From NCBI GenBank assembly GCA_045536965.1, contig JAZSON010000029.1, positions 72,052 to 136,051 on the forward strand: DNA of 64,000 nt. Direction: 5' to 3'. Of the stretch, positions 36,751 to 47,016 are shown in pieces (position 1 is the first letter of the stretch; the number at the start of each line of letters is the position of its first letter). The notes under the pieces were generated by a model. That model saw only the letters and a program-made list of their open reading frames with translations, was not told the origin of the DNA and did no database searches. The position numbers were made by a program, and so were the translations under genes. The stretch comes from Eubacteriales bacterium (lineage in GTDB: Bacteria; Bacillota; Clostridia; Oscillospirales; SIG627).

Positions 36751-37719
36751 TTATTTTTTCAAAGCGATGGCTTCTTTTGCTTTTTTTACGATCTCTTCTG
36801 CAGTCAAGCCGAAGTATTCAAGTACAGCTTTGGCAGCACCCGATTTACCGAATTTATCGGGAACACCGTGACGAATGACGGGCACGGGGCAGGATGCCGA
36901 AAGAACTTCGCAAACTGCGCTACCCAGACCGCCGATGACATTGTGCTCTTCGGTGGTGACAACACATCCGGTGCGTTTGGCCGATTCAATGATCATTTCG
37001 CTGTCGATCGGTTTCACGGTGTGGATGTTGATCAAATCAACAGAAATACCTTCTGCTTTCAGCATTTCGGTGGCTTTGATGGCTTCAGAGGTCATCAAAC
37101 CGGTAGAAATGATGGTGACATCCTTGCCTTCATTCAAGCGAATGCCTTTGCCGATTTGGAAATCATAATCCTTTTCATCATAGATGACGGGAACGGCAAG
37201 TCTGCCAAAGCGCAGATAAACAGGACCGACATAATCAAGCGCGGCGCGAACAGCTGCACGAGCTTCTACTGCGTCGGCGGGGTTGAGGATCACCATGCCG
37301 GGGATGGTACGCATAATGCCCATATCCTCGTTGCATTGATGGGTGGCACCGTCCTCACCGACAGAAACGCCGGCGTGGGTAGCACCGATTTTCACATTCA
37401 ACTGAGGATATGCTACGGAGTTGCGGACGGGTTCAAAAGCACGTCCTGCGGCAAACATGGCAAACGAACTGGCAAAAACGATTTTACCGGTAGTAGCCAT
37501 ACCGGCGGCAGTGGACATCATGTTGGCTTCTGCGATACCGCAGTTAATAAAACGTTCGGGGAATGCTTTTTGGAATGTATTGGTTTTTGTGGATTTGGAA
37601 AGGTCGGCGTCAAAAACGTAGAGATTTTCAAATTCTGCGCCGAATTCAGCGAGTGCATCGCCGTATGCTTCACGGGTAGCAACCTTTTGTCCGAGTTCAT
37701 ATTTGGGTGTTAATTTCAT
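36751..37719 (-). CDS. Transketolase, C-terminal subunit (pyrimidine-binding and C-terminal domains)
   Basis: Split-transketolase B-subunit pattern (ATREAYG..L, FINCGIAEANM, GATHQ). Confidence 0.9.
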   Translation of the reverse strand: MKLTPKYELGQKVATREAYGDALAEFGAEFENLYVFDADLSKSTKTNTFQKAFPERFINCGIAEANMMSTAAGMATTGKIVFASSFAMFAAGRAFEPVRNSVAYPQLNVKIGATHAGVSVGEDGATHQCNEDMGIMRTIPGMVILNPADAVEARAAVRAALDYVGPVYLRFGRLAVPVIYDEKDYDFQIGKGIRLNEGKDVTIISTGLMTSEAIKATEMLKAEGISVDLINIHTVKPIDSEMIIESAKRTGCVVTTEEHNVIGGLGSAVCEVLSASCPVPVIRHGVPDKFGKSGAAKAVLEYFGLTAEEIVKKAKEAIALKK

Positions 37720-37735
37720 TGTACCTCACTCCTCC

Positions 37736-38560
37736 TTACATAGATGCCTGCAATTCGGCAACAGCAGCAGTATATTGTTCATCGTTGGGGGCGGTTCCGT
37801 GCCAAGAGGCTTGGTTTTCCATAAAGGAAACGCCTTTGCCCTTTACGCATTTTGCAATAATGGCTGTGGGGGCATCCGATTTTTCAGAAGCGGCAACAGC
37901 GGCTTCGATTTCATCAAAGTTGTGTCCGTCGATAACGATTACATTCCAGTTAAAAGCGCGGAATTTTTCGTCGATGGGGGTGGGATTCATAACTTTGGTA
38001 ATATCACCGTCGATCTGGAGACCGTTGTAGTCGATAAATGCGGTGAGATTGTTCAGTTTGTAGTGTGCGGCAAACATTGCGGCTTCCCAGACCTGACCTT
38101 CTTCCAGTTCGCCGTCTCCAAGAATGGTGTATACGCGGTAGTTTTTGCCCGACAGTTTGCCCGAAAGAGCCATACCGTTGGCGGCAGAAATACCAAGTCC
38201 CAAAGAACCGGCAGACATGTCAACACCTTTGACTTTGTTCATGTCGGGGTGACCTTCCAATGTGGTATTGATGTTGCGGAAGCCTTTGAGGTCTTCAACA
38301 GGGAAGTAACCGCGGTGTGCCAAGGTAGCATACAATGCAGGACAGGTATGACCTTTGGAAAGAACAAAGCGATCACGATCTTCCATTCTGGGGTTTTTCG
38401 GATCGATGTTCATTTTGTCAAAATAGAGGTATGCGAGAATGTCTGCGATAGAAAGGGATCCGCCGGGATGGCCGGCTTTGGCGCTGTGAACTGCTGTCAG
38501 CGAACCAACACGGATATTGGCGGCAACTTTGGCAAGTTCTTGTTTTTTTGTTTGTTGCAT
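37736..38560 (-). CDS. Transketolase, N-terminal subunit (TPP-binding)
   Basis: GHPGGSLS, LSKGH and GDGELEEGQVWEA motifs. Confidence 0.9.
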   Translation of the reverse strand: MQQTKKQELAKVAANIRVGSLTAVHSAKAGHPGGSLSIADILAYLYFDKMNIDPKNPRMEDRDRFVLSKGHTCPALYATLAHRGYFPVEDLKGFRNINTTLEGHPDMNKVKGVDMSAGSLGLGISAANGMALSGKLSGKNYRVYTILGDGELEEGQVWEAAMFAAHYKLNNLTAFIDYNGLQIDGDITKVMNPTPIDEKFRAFNWNVIVIDGHNFDEIEAAVAASEKSDAPTAIIAKCVKGKGVSFMENQASWHGTAPNDEQYTAAVAELQASM

Positions 38561-38579
38561 GATGTGTTCCTCCTGTGTT

Positions 38580-39689
38580 TTATTGCATTTTATTTTTTAA
38601 GAAAGCAAGGAATAAATTCCAGTCTTCGCGTGACAAGGTATGACCGCGCTTTCTGACGTGGTAACCGATTCTGCCGTCATGATAGTGCTTGGGGGCATTA
38701 TCGGGCATTTCTTCGGGCACGACAAATCCGTCTAAACCCAAAGCGTTGTAAATTTCGGACGCGGCGTAGCAGGAAAGATAATCGGAACGCCAGTCGATAC
38801 AGTGATCATCCTCACCGCTTGAAACGTACATGTACCGCGGTGCAACGCAGGCAAGCAGCATGTGTTGATCGGTAGGACGCGCGGATTCTGGCATATCAAG
38901 GGTGTTTAAGAAGTTTTCGCAGAAAAAGTCCTTGCTGCCTACCGTGATAAAGTTAGCGACCACCTCGCCGATATGACCACGGTGGAGAGCAGAGCCGCCG
39001 TATCCGCCGTCATTACAGTGGACGGCAAAGAAACGCTCGTCCTGAGCTCCTGCCCAAAGAGCAGTCTTGCCAAGGCGGGAGTGTCCGTTGATGGCAATGT
39101 GGGATGTGTCGATGTCGTCGCGGGTCACGAGATGATCCATGAGACGCATGGCGCCGTATGCCCAAAGACCGACTCTGCCGATCTCGTTCTTTTTACGGGG
39201 ACGGTCACCGATAAAATGATCGGCAAGACCGAGGGTGAAATCGTTATTCAAGCCGTCGCGGGAAATGTCGTTGTGGATAAGAATGGCAAGTCCGAAGCCA
39301 TGATCGATGATCTCCTCAAGAGGAATATAATAGTCAGGGAGAGGACGGTATGAAAGATGTAAAACGATCGGCGGCTTTTCGACGCTTGTGGGAAGGGCGA
39401 GCATAAAGGGGAAGGAATATTCACCCTTCGGTGTATCAAAATGCAGATCGTATGCTTTTATGGAGATTTTTCCTGCATAAACCATATGCTTTTTAACGAG
39501 TCGGGGAATTTCGCGTTCTTCTGCCCACACCGATTTCGGCGGGGGCGGCGTAAAGCCGTACATATGCTCGGATAATTCGCGTATAAAACGTTTGCGCAGA
39601 ATTTGAAATTCATCATTTGTAAGGGTAGTTTTATTTTTGGGGAGCAACTGTGGAAGCTCTCTTTTGAGAATTTCTTGCTTTGCATTCAT
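38580..39689 (-). CDS. Alpha/beta hydrolase, CE15 glucuronoyl-esterase-like (paralog 1)
   Basis: The GHSRLGKTALW nucleophile motif resembles the G-C/H-S-R-x-G-K motif of CE15. No signal peptide. Confidence 0.55.
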   Translation of the reverse strand: MNAKQEILKRELPQLLPKNKTTLTNDEFQILRKRFIRELSEHMYGFTPPPPKSVWAEEREIPRLVKKHMVYAGKISIKAYDLHFDTPKGEYSFPFMLALPTSVEKPPIVLHLSYRPLPDYYIPLEEIIDHGFGLAILIHNDISRDGLNNDFTLGLADHFIGDRPRKKNEIGRVGLWAYGAMRLMDHLVTRDDIDTSHIAINGHSRLGKTALWAGAQDERFFAVHCNDGGYGGSALHRGHIGEVVANFITVGSKDFFCENFLNTLDMPESARPTDQHMLLACVAPRYMYVSSGEDDHCIDWRSDYLSCYAASEIYNALGLDGFVVPEEMPDNAPKHYHDGRIGYHVRKRGHTLSREDWNLFLAFLKNKMQ

Positions 39690-39713
39690 ATTATTTATCT
39701 CCTGCGTGAAAAC

Positions 39714-40823
39714 TTACCCAATCTTCTTTTTTAAGAAAGCAAGGAATAAATTCCAGTCTTCGCGTGACATATAATGGTGATTTTTTCTTACATGGTATCC
39801 GATGGTTCCCTCATGGAAATAAAACGGAACGGTATCAGGGATTTCTTCCGAAGCGATAAATCCTTTTTTACCTAAAACTTTATAAACTTCAGAAGCGGCA
39901 TAACAAGAAAGATAATCGGAACGCCAATCCATGCAATGATCAATTTCTGCGCTGGAAACGTATAGATAGCGTGGCGCGATACATGCAAGTAACATATGTT
40001 GATCGGTGGGACGCGCCGATTCGGGCATATCAAGTGTATTTAAGAAATTTTCACAGAAAAAGTCTTTGCTGCCACAACGGACAAATGCGGAAACGATCTC
40101 GCCGATATGACCGCGGTGGAGACCTGAACCGCCGTACCCGCCCTCATTGCAATGAACGGCGAAGAAGCGTTCGTCCTGCGCACCGACCCAGAGTGCGGTC
40201 TTGCCTAAGCGGGAATGGCCGTTGACAGCGATGTGTGCGGTATCAATATCCTCGCGCGTCATTAAATAATCCATGAGTCTCATGGCGCCGTATGCCCAAA
40301 GACCGACACGACCGATTTCGTTCTTTTGACGGGGACGGTCACCGATGAAATGATCGGCAAGACCCAAGGTGAAATCGCTGTTTAATCCATCGAAAGAAAC
40401 ATCGTTATAAACCATAACAGCAACACCGAAACCTTGATCGGTGATTTCTTCCAGCGGAATATAGGAATCGGGGAGTCCGCGGAAAGCGATGTGTAAGACA
40501 ACGGGCGATTTTTCAACATTGATGGGAAGCGCGAGAACAAACGGGAATGAAAACTCGCCTTTGGGTGTATCAAAATGAAGATTGTAGGATTCAATGGTTA
40601 CTTTACCTGCGCAGATCAAATGGTTTAAATCTGCCTTGGGGATCTCTCGTTTTTTCACCCAGACTGATTTTGGGGCAGGGGGAGTAAACCCATACATATG
40701 CTCGGATAAATCGCGGATGAATTGTTTTCGAAGATTTTCAAATTCGCCGTTGGTGAGGGAAGTTACGTTTGGGGGAAGCAAAGGAGGAAGTTCTCTTTTG
40801 AGAAGTTCTTGTTTTGCGTTCAT
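39714..40823 (-). CDS. Alpha/beta hydrolase, CE15 glucuronoyl-esterase-like (paralog 2)
   Basis: Same length (369 aa) and roughly three quarters identical by eye to 38580-39689. Same GHSRLGKTALW motif. Confidence 0.55.
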   Translation of the reverse strand: MNAKQELLKRELPPLLPPNVTSLTNGEFENLRKQFIRDLSEHMYGFTPPAPKSVWVKKREIPKADLNHLICAGKVTIESYNLHFDTPKGEFSFPFVLALPINVEKSPVVLHIAFRGLPDSYIPLEEITDQGFGVAVMVYNDVSFDGLNSDFTLGLADHFIGDRPRQKNEIGRVGLWAYGAMRLMDYLMTREDIDTAHIAVNGHSRLGKTALWVGAQDERFFAVHCNEGGYGGSGLHRGHIGEIVSAFVRCGSKDFFCENFLNTLDMPESARPTDQHMLLACIAPRYLYVSSAEIDHCMDWRSDYLSCYAASEVYKVLGKKGFIASEEIPDTVPFYFHEGTIGYHVRKNHHYMSREDWNLFLAFLKKKIG

Positions 40824-40836
40824 GGTAAGCCTCCGA

Positions 40837-41640
40837 TCAGAGTTTGTAAATCAAATCTGCAATGGCACCTTGATCATGATGACAAAGATGAACCGAGCAA
40901 ATATTTTTCACTTCAGGCACAGCGTTGTCGGGACAAGCGGCAACGTCGGCACATTTGAGCATATCAATGTCATTGTTGTAATCACCCACAGCGTAGACAA
41001 CAGGAGAGGGATGAGATACAAGTGTCTTTAATTGTGGAATACGTTTACCCTTGGTTGCGTTTACGTTGCATACCTCAAGCAGGATGGGGGAGGAATGGAA
41101 AATGGCAAGCTCGGGTAAATGAAGGGTGTCAAGATAAGCTTTTAAAGGAGCCAACTCCTCGGGCGAAGCAACGAACACGAATTTATTAAAATCGCGCGGC
41201 AATTCGTCAATCGACATAAAGGTGGTGATGGAAAGAAGTTTTCGGATTTCATGTTCCAAAAATGGGGTGCGGTTGGTAACAAGATAGGTTTCGCCACGCC
41301 CGACACGAACACCGACGTTTGGAAACTTGTCTAAAGCATCCTTTAAGAGGGAAACGGTTACGTCGAAAGGCATCAGCAATTCATCGTAAACCGATTGCGT
41401 TTGAAAATCATAAAGAACAGAACCGTTTGTTAAAATTCCGCAGATGTTGGCGATCTCCCAAGCCTCGGGACAGACACGTTTGAGCGCGCCTGCACTTCTG
41501 CCTGTTGAAAATGTAATATGACCGCCATGTTCTTTGAAATATCTTATAGCATCGAGATTTTCCGGAACAACTCGGGAATCCTTACCCAAAAATGTGCCGT
41601 CCAAATCGGTTGCAATGATAATGTCGTCAAAACGTTTCAT
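40837..41640 (-). CDS. Cof-type HAD-IIB family hydrolase
   Basis: ATDLDGTFL motif I and C-terminal GDYNNDIDML motif. Confidence 0.8.
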   Translation of the reverse strand: MKRFDDIIIATDLDGTFLGKDSRVVPENLDAIRYFKEHGGHITFSTGRSAGALKRVCPEAWEIANICGILTNGSVLYDFQTQSVYDELLMPFDVTVSLLKDALDKFPNVGVRVGRGETYLVTNRTPFLEHEIRKLLSITTFMSIDELPRDFNKFVFVASPEELAPLKAYLDTLHLPELAIFHSSPILLEVCNVNATKGKRIPQLKTLVSHPSPVVYAVGDYNNDIDMLKCADVAACPDNAVPEVKNICSVHLCHHDQGAIADLIYKL

Positions 41641-41646
41641 GTAAAC

Positions 41647-42591
41647 CTACCGTAATTTTTGAACTTTTTGTATGGTTGCCGTAAAGAAATCGGGGAGAGG
41701 TGCGTGAAATGTAAGAAATTCGCCTGAACGGGGATGGATAAATCCCAGCGTTGTGGCTACAAGACATTGCCCTTGCAAACCCAATGTGGGGCGGCCCGGT
41801 GCATACACATCATCACCGACAACGGGATGGCCGATGGAAGAGAGGTGGACGCGAATTTGATGGGTGCGGCCCGTTTCAAGGCGACAGGAAAGGTGGGTAT
41901 AGCCCGAGTAAACGGCCTTGCATTCATAGTGAGTGACCGCATCTCGTATTCCTACGCTGACCGAGGGGAAGACGGCCATTTTCTTGCGATCCTTTAAACT
42001 GCGTCCGATGGGTTTGTGGATGGTGCCGTTTTCGGGGGAGGGAAGACCGTAAACCACTGTTTCGTATTGGCGAAGAAGGGTATGCGCACGAATCTGCTCG
42101 GAGAGACCGATGTGAGTAAAATCGTTTTTGGCAACCATCAAAAGTCCTGCGGTGTTCTTATCAATGCGATGGACGATGCCGGGGCGGATGGTACCGCCTA
42201 TACCCGACAGAGAGGATCGGCAATGATAGAGAAGGGCGTTGACCAAAGTGCCGCTTTCATTTCCCGGTGCAGGATGAACCACCATGCCCTGCGGTTTATT
42301 GACAACCAAGAGATCGTCATCTTCATATAAAATATCCAGAGGGATATTTTCGGGCTGAGCGTCTTGTTCTTTGAGGGGGGGGAGTTTCACCGAAACGGTA
42401 TCGCCGACATTCACTTGCGTGTTCTTTTTAGGTATAATACCATTGATAAAAACAGAGGAATCGGCAATGAGTCGCTGTATGGCAGAACGGCTAAAGTCGG
42501 TATTGTCGGCAAGATACTTGTCTACCCGTGCAACATTTTCGGTTGCAATGGAAACAAGAAGCTGCTCGTCATCAAAGGTGTCCTTATGCAT
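41647..42591 (-). CDS. rluD: RluA-family 23S rRNA pseudouridine synthase (RluD-like)
   Basis: S4-like N-terminus and HRIDKNTAGLL catalytic motif. I chose the ATG at 42591 (MHKDTFDD), which overlaps the lspA stop by 8 nt. The ORF-track start at 42654 lies inside lspA. Confidence 0.85.
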   Translation of the reverse strand: MHKDTFDDEQLLVSIATENVARVDKYLADNTDFSRSAIQRLIADSSVFINGIIPKKNTQVNVGDTVSVKLPPLKEQDAQPENIPLDILYEDDDLLVVNKPQGMVVHPAPGNESGTLVNALLYHCRSSLSGIGGTIRPGIVHRIDKNTAGLLMVAKNDFTHIGLSEQIRAHTLLRQYETVVYGLPSPENGTIHKPIGRSLKDRKKMAVFPSVSVGIRDAVTHYECKAVYSGYTHLSCRLETGRTHQIRVHLSSIGHPVVGDDVYAPGRPTLGLQGQCLVATTLGFIHPRSGEFLTFHAPLPDFFTATIQKVQKLR

Positions 42592-43084
42592 GATCGTCAC
42601 CGGCGCTATTTTGTTTTTTCTCGTTGTTTTTCTTTCTCTCTGCAGGAAAATCAATGAAAATAAACCAAGCGATCAGCAAGGAGCCTCCTATGGTTACGCC
42701 GCAATCTGCAATGTTGAATGTGGGGAATGAAATGAATTCAAAGTGTAAAAAATCCACCACTTCGCCAAAGAGAATACGATCGATCATGTTTCCGATACCA
42801 CCGCCTAAAATCAAGGCGAGGGAGACCGTCAAAAGCGGATGACGGTTTTTATATACAAAGAAAAAGATGATCACACCAATGATAGCAACCGTCGAAAGGG
42901 TCATAAAAATCCATGGATGTGAACTTAACATTCCCCATGCGGCACCGGGGTTTAATACATAGCGAAAAGAAAGAAAATGAGGGATGAAGTCGGAAAAACC
43001 TATGGGGGCAAGATATGCGCTTGCGAAGTATTTAGTCAGTTGGTCAAGGCCAATCACGGCGGCTGTGATCCAAATCCACCACAT
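42584..43084 (-). CDS. lspA: Lipoprotein signal peptidase II
   Basis: LDQLTK, NPGAAWG and FNIAD motifs; four TM segments. Confidence 0.9.
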   Translation of the reverse strand: MWWIWITAAVIGLDQLTKYFASAYLAPIGFSDFIPHFLSFRYVLNPGAAWGMLSSHPWIFMTLSTVAIIGVIIFFFVYKNRHPLLTVSLALILGGGIGNMIDRILFGEVVDFLHFEFISFPTFNIADCGVTIGGSLLIAWFIFIDFPAERKKNNEKKQNSAGDDHA

Positions 43085-43158
43085 AGTCGACTCCTTAATG
43101 ATTCAAAGTAAGCACAACTTGCGGGCACACATATTTGTGCGCCCACAAAAAAGTGATT

Positions 43159-45984
43159 TTATTTACCTAAAACGCTGCGGCAACGTGCGCAGAGATGGCC
43201 ATTGTCAATTTCTGTGCAATCGTTTGAATAAATCCAGCAACGGTCGCACTTGATACCATCGGCGGGTTCAACCAAAACAGCAATTTGGTGTTCGGTTTCG
43301 GAAAATGCATTTGCAGGGGGATTGTCGTGCGAGAGGGTGGTACCCGAGGTGATGAATATGGTGTTCAACTCGTTTTTGAAGCGAATAAACTCCTGCATAG
43401 CTTCGTTGTCTTGGGGAGCAAAAATGGTGATTTTTGCTTCAAGTGATTTGCCGATCACCTTGGAAGCGCGGGCTTCTTCCAGTGCTTTCATGACGTCATC
43501 ACGATAGAGGAAGAGGCGAGAGTAGCTTTCTTCCACGGCATTGTCGGTCAAAGAAGCATCGACACTTGGCATTTGGTTGTAGAATACACTGCCCTTGTCG
43601 TCGGTGGGAAGATGGGGCATGAATCCCCAAGTTTCTTCTGCGGTGAACGAAAGAAGCGGGGCAATCAAGAGGGTCAAGCTATGCAAAATTCTATACATAG
43701 CCGTCTGACCGCTTCTTCTTTCCAAGGAATCTTTCTTTTCGACATAGAGGCGGTCTTTGGAAATGTCGATATAAAGCTTGGAAAGGTCGGTGGTGCAGAA
43801 GTTATGAATGTCGTGATAGATGGTATGGAATTCATATGCATCATAGCAAGCGCGCACACGTCCGATCAATTGCTGCAAACGGGTAAGCGCCCAACGGTCA
43901 AGATCGAGCATCTTTTCAAAAGGAACCATATCGTTTGCGGGATCAAAATCAGTAGCGGGATCACCGAGATTGGCCATTAAGATGCGGAGTGTATTGCGGA
44001 TCTTACGATAAATCTCGGAAAGCTGTTTGAGAATTTCTTTGGAAAGACGGACATCTCCCGTGTAATCGGAAGAAGATACCCAAAGACGGAGGATGTCGGC
44101 ACCGTATTCTTTGATGATATCACGGGGATCGATGCCGTTTCCAAGGGATTTGGACATCTTTTTGCCTTCGCCATCCACTACCATACCGTGGGTAATGACC
44201 ATCTTATAGGGAGCAACGCCACGGGTTGCTACCGAGGTGAGAAGGGAGGACTGGAACCAACCGCGGTACTGATCGTTTCCTTCCAAATACAGATCGGCGG
44301 GGAAACTGTGGTGTGCTCTTTCAAGCACCGATGCATAGGATGCGCCGGAATCGAACCAAACATCCATGATGTCTGTTTCTTTGGTCAAATGGGTGGAGCC
44401 ACACTTGTCACAGACGGCCAAATCACCGATCAATTCTTCGGGGGTATAGCGATACCATGCATCCGAACCCTCTTTTTCGAAAATAGCGGCGATGCGGTCG
44501 ATGGCTTTTTTGGAAATGATGGTGTGCTTGCAATCTTCACAATAGAAGATCGGAATAGGTACACCCCAAGTGCGTTGGCGGGAAATACACCAGTCGGCAC
44601 GATCGGAGACCATGCTTTCAATGCGGGATTCGCCCCAAGCGGGCAACCAATTGACATCTTTGATGGCACGAATGGCTTCGTCCTTAAAACCGTCTACCGA
44701 GCAGAACCATTGTTGGGTCGCGCGGAAGAGGATAGGACTCTTGCAACGCCAACAGTGCGGATACTGGTGAACAATGTTTGCTTTTGCCCAGAGGACATGG
44801 TTATCCTCCAGTTTTTTCAAAATAGCAACATTGGCTTCATCGGTGGTCAATCCCGCGAATTCACCGGCCAACTCATTCATTCTGCCGTGCTCATCCACAG
44901 GAACCACAATGTTTTGTTTCAAAGTGGGGTAATTCTGGCAAACCACGAAGTCCTCTACACCGTGTCCGGGGGCTGTGTGAACACAACCCGTACCGCTTTC
45001 GAGGGTGACATGATCGCCGACGATCAAAAGGGAATCCTTGTCCATGAAGGGATGACGGCATACCATGCCCTCAAGCTCTGCGCCCGTGAAGGTAGCAAGA
45101 ACCTGGCAATCGTCAGAATAGCCTGCTGCATCCAATACCGACTGAGTCAATTCTTCGGCTATCACGATGATCTCATCTTTGCAGCGGAGAAGAGAATATT
45201 GGAACTGCGGACCGAGACAGATGGCCATATTGCCGGGAAGTGTCCAAGTTGTGGTGGTCCAAATTACAAAGTAAACATTATCAAGAGATTTGGTAAAAGG
45301 GGTGAAAAGGCCCTTGTCGTCTTTGAGAGGGAATTTAACATAAATCGAAACACAAGGATCGTCAGAATACTCTATTTCAGCTTCGGCAAGTGCGGTTTCG
45401 TCATGTGCGCACCAATAAACAGGCTTCATGCCCTTGTAAATATAGCCTTTTTCGGCCATGGTGCCAAAAACTTCAATTTGTCTGGCTTCGAAATCATGTT
45501 GCAAGGTTAAATAAGGATGCTCGAAATCGGCCAAGCAACCCAAACGCTGGATCTGTTCTTTCTGGGTGTTGACGGAATTGACAGCAAATTCTTTGCAAAG
45601 CTTTCTAAAAGCAATGGGATCCATCATTTTGGGATTGACTTTGTGCTTTTTGATCATTTGCAATTCGATGGGAAGTCCGTGTGTATCCCAACCGGGAATG
45701 AAGGGCACTTTGTAGCCGCTCATGGTTTTGTATTTGAGTACAAAATCCTTCAGGCAGCGGTTGAGAGCGTGACCCATGTGCATATCGCCGTTGGCATAGG
45801 GAGGACCGTCATGGAGAATATAGGTCGGCTTACCCTCATTTTTTTCAAGCAATGTATCATATAATGCGTTGTCCTGCCATTGTTTTAAGAACTCACCTTC
45901 ACGTTGGGGAAGGTTGGCACGCATCGGAAACGCGGTTGTGGGCAGATTGAGAGTAGAAGAAAAGTCGGTTTTTTCGTTTGACAT
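43159..45984 (-). CDS. ileS: Isoleucine--tRNA ligase
   Basis: HMGH and KMSKS motifs, a C-terminal zinc-finger Cys pairs region, 941 aa. AAAGGAG SD. Confidence 0.95.
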   Translation of the reverse strand: MSNEKTDFSSTLNLPTTAFPMRANLPQREGEFLKQWQDNALYDTLLEKNEGKPTYILHDGPPYANGDMHMGHALNRCLKDFVLKYKTMSGYKVPFIPGWDTHGLPIELQMIKKHKVNPKMMDPIAFRKLCKEFAVNSVNTQKEQIQRLGCLADFEHPYLTLQHDFEARQIEVFGTMAEKGYIYKGMKPVYWCAHDETALAEAEIEYSDDPCVSIYVKFPLKDDKGLFTPFTKSLDNVYFVIWTTTTWTLPGNMAICLGPQFQYSLLRCKDEIIVIAEELTQSVLDAAGYSDDCQVLATFTGAELEGMVCRHPFMDKDSLLIVGDHVTLESGTGCVHTAPGHGVEDFVVCQNYPTLKQNIVVPVDEHGRMNELAGEFAGLTTDEANVAILKKLEDNHVLWAKANIVHQYPHCWRCKSPILFRATQQWFCSVDGFKDEAIRAIKDVNWLPAWGESRIESMVSDRADWCISRQRTWGVPIPIFYCEDCKHTIISKKAIDRIAAIFEKEGSDAWYRYTPEELIGDLAVCDKCGSTHLTKETDIMDVWFDSGASYASVLERAHHSFPADLYLEGNDQYRGWFQSSLLTSVATRGVAPYKMVITHGMVVDGEGKKMSKSLGNGIDPRDIIKEYGADILRLWVSSSDYTGDVRLSKEILKQLSEIYRKIRNTLRILMANLGDPATDFDPANDMVPFEKMLDLDRWALTRLQQLIGRVRACYDAYEFHTIYHDIHNFCTTDLSKLYIDISKDRLYVEKKDSLERRSGQTAMYRILHSLTLLIAPLLSFTAEETWGFMPHLPTDDKGSVFYNQMPSVDASLTDNAVEESYSRLFLYRDDVMKALEEARASKVIGKSLEAKITIFAPQDNEAMQEFIRFKNELNTIFITSGTTLSHDNPPANAFSETEHQIAVLVEPADGIKCDRCWIYSNDCTEIDNGHLCARCRSVLGK

Positions 45985-46011
45985 TTTGGTAACTCCTTTA
46001 ACTCGATGGAT

Positions 46012-46605
46012 TTATTCGGCCGTATCTAAGCGGTCTGTAATCAGTGCAATGTCTTGCTCTTCCCCCTCGTCGGGAGCGGGTTCGGATGCCTTGATACCGT
46101 CAGCAGCGGCTTGATCGATCTTATTTTCATCAGGCATGTCGCGAGCAATTTGATCGATAGTTCCGATTTCCACTGTTTTCAGATATTCCAAATGTTTTAT
46201 GTATGCATCGTATATGCTGGTGCGGAAGGCTTCGGCGGCGAGACGTACTTCTTCCAAGTTGCGCTTTTCGGTCTCGACGCGGCCTGCCGCTTCTTTGACC
46301 AACGCGTCGACACGCGCTTTGGCTTCAGCGATCATGGCGTCTGATTGTTTACGGGCGGTATCCAACATAACTTCACTGAGCTTTTGCGCCTTTACAATGG
46401 CAGAACGGATGGATTCTTCGTCCCCTGCGAGTGAATCGTATTTTGCTGTTATCACATTTAACTTTTGTTGATTGGAAGCGTTTTCTTTGTAAAGCTCGGT
46501 GTATTTTTCGAGCAGAAAATCAATATACTCTTCTACCTCGGCAGGATTGTATCCGCGTATGGCATGCGTAAATACTTTGTCTTTTAATTCGTGGGGAGCG
46601 ATCAT
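46012..46605 (-). CDS. divIVA: DivIVA domain cell-division protein
   Basis: N-terminal F...RGY...EV..(F/Y) motif followed by coiled coil. Confidence 0.85.
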   Translation of the reverse strand: MIAPHELKDKVFTHAIRGYNPAEVEEYIDFLLEKYTELYKENASNQQKLNVITAKYDSLAGDEESIRSAIVKAQKLSEVMLDTARKQSDAMIAEAKARVDALVKEAAGRVETEKRNLEEVRLAAEAFRTSIYDAYIKHLEYLKTVEIGTIDQIARDMPDENKIDQAAADGIKASEPAPDEGEEQDIALITDRLDTAE

Positions 46606-46624
46606 ATGGTTGTGTTCTCCTATG

Positions 46625-46918
46625 TTACATATTCACTGCGGGGAGCAGTCCTTGTATCACGCTTAATAAAATGTAAGTGACGAAAAACGATAGATCTATA
46701 GGAAGCATCTGCACCGATTTTGAACGCTCCAGTAAACTTCTGATGGGTATGATCAACGGTTCGGTCACGGCGTAAGTAAAGCGCACCAATGGGCTGTCAT
46801 CGTCAAAGGGAAGCCATGAGAGTATGGCACGAAGAAGCATACAAATCTGCACGGAAGACAGCATAATGGTGACGAGCTTTACCAAAATATAGAGTGTGTA
46901 CTCCATGTATTTGTTCAC
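46625..46918 (-). CDS. YggT family membrane protein
   Basis: Small two-TM protein sitting between sepF and divIVA. The start is uncertain: GTG at 46918 or ATG at 46906. Confidence 0.7.
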   Translation of the reverse strand: MNKYMEYTLYILVKLVTIMLSSVQICMLLRAILSWLPFDDDSPLVRFTYAVTEPLIIPIRSLLERSKSVQMLPIDLSFFVTYILLSVIQGLLPAVNM

Positions 46919-47016
46919 TCATCTCTTTGGATAATTACGGAAAAACGGTACCTGCCTCATGTCAATACACGAAAGCCTGTACCGCTACTCCTGCGTGCGA
47001 TTTGGAAACATGCATT

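Noticed and set aside
43100-43150. Hairpin (gggcacaca/tgtgcgccc) between ileS and lspA as a terminator.
   Set aside because: On the transcribed (minus) strand the T-run precedes the stem rather than following it, and the stem has a mismatch. It is more likely a stabilising structure or has no function.
4203-45510. Long antisense ORFs in housekeeping genes (4203-4985, 31844-32722, 34168-35256, 36868-37713, 37703-38656, 44188-45510, 52636-53265, 53556-54140).
   Set aside because: Each is fully overlapped by an opposite-strand gene with unmistakable family motifs (Mrp, CofE-like, transketolase, IleS, DapB, UppP). Each lacks an SD and any recognisable motif.
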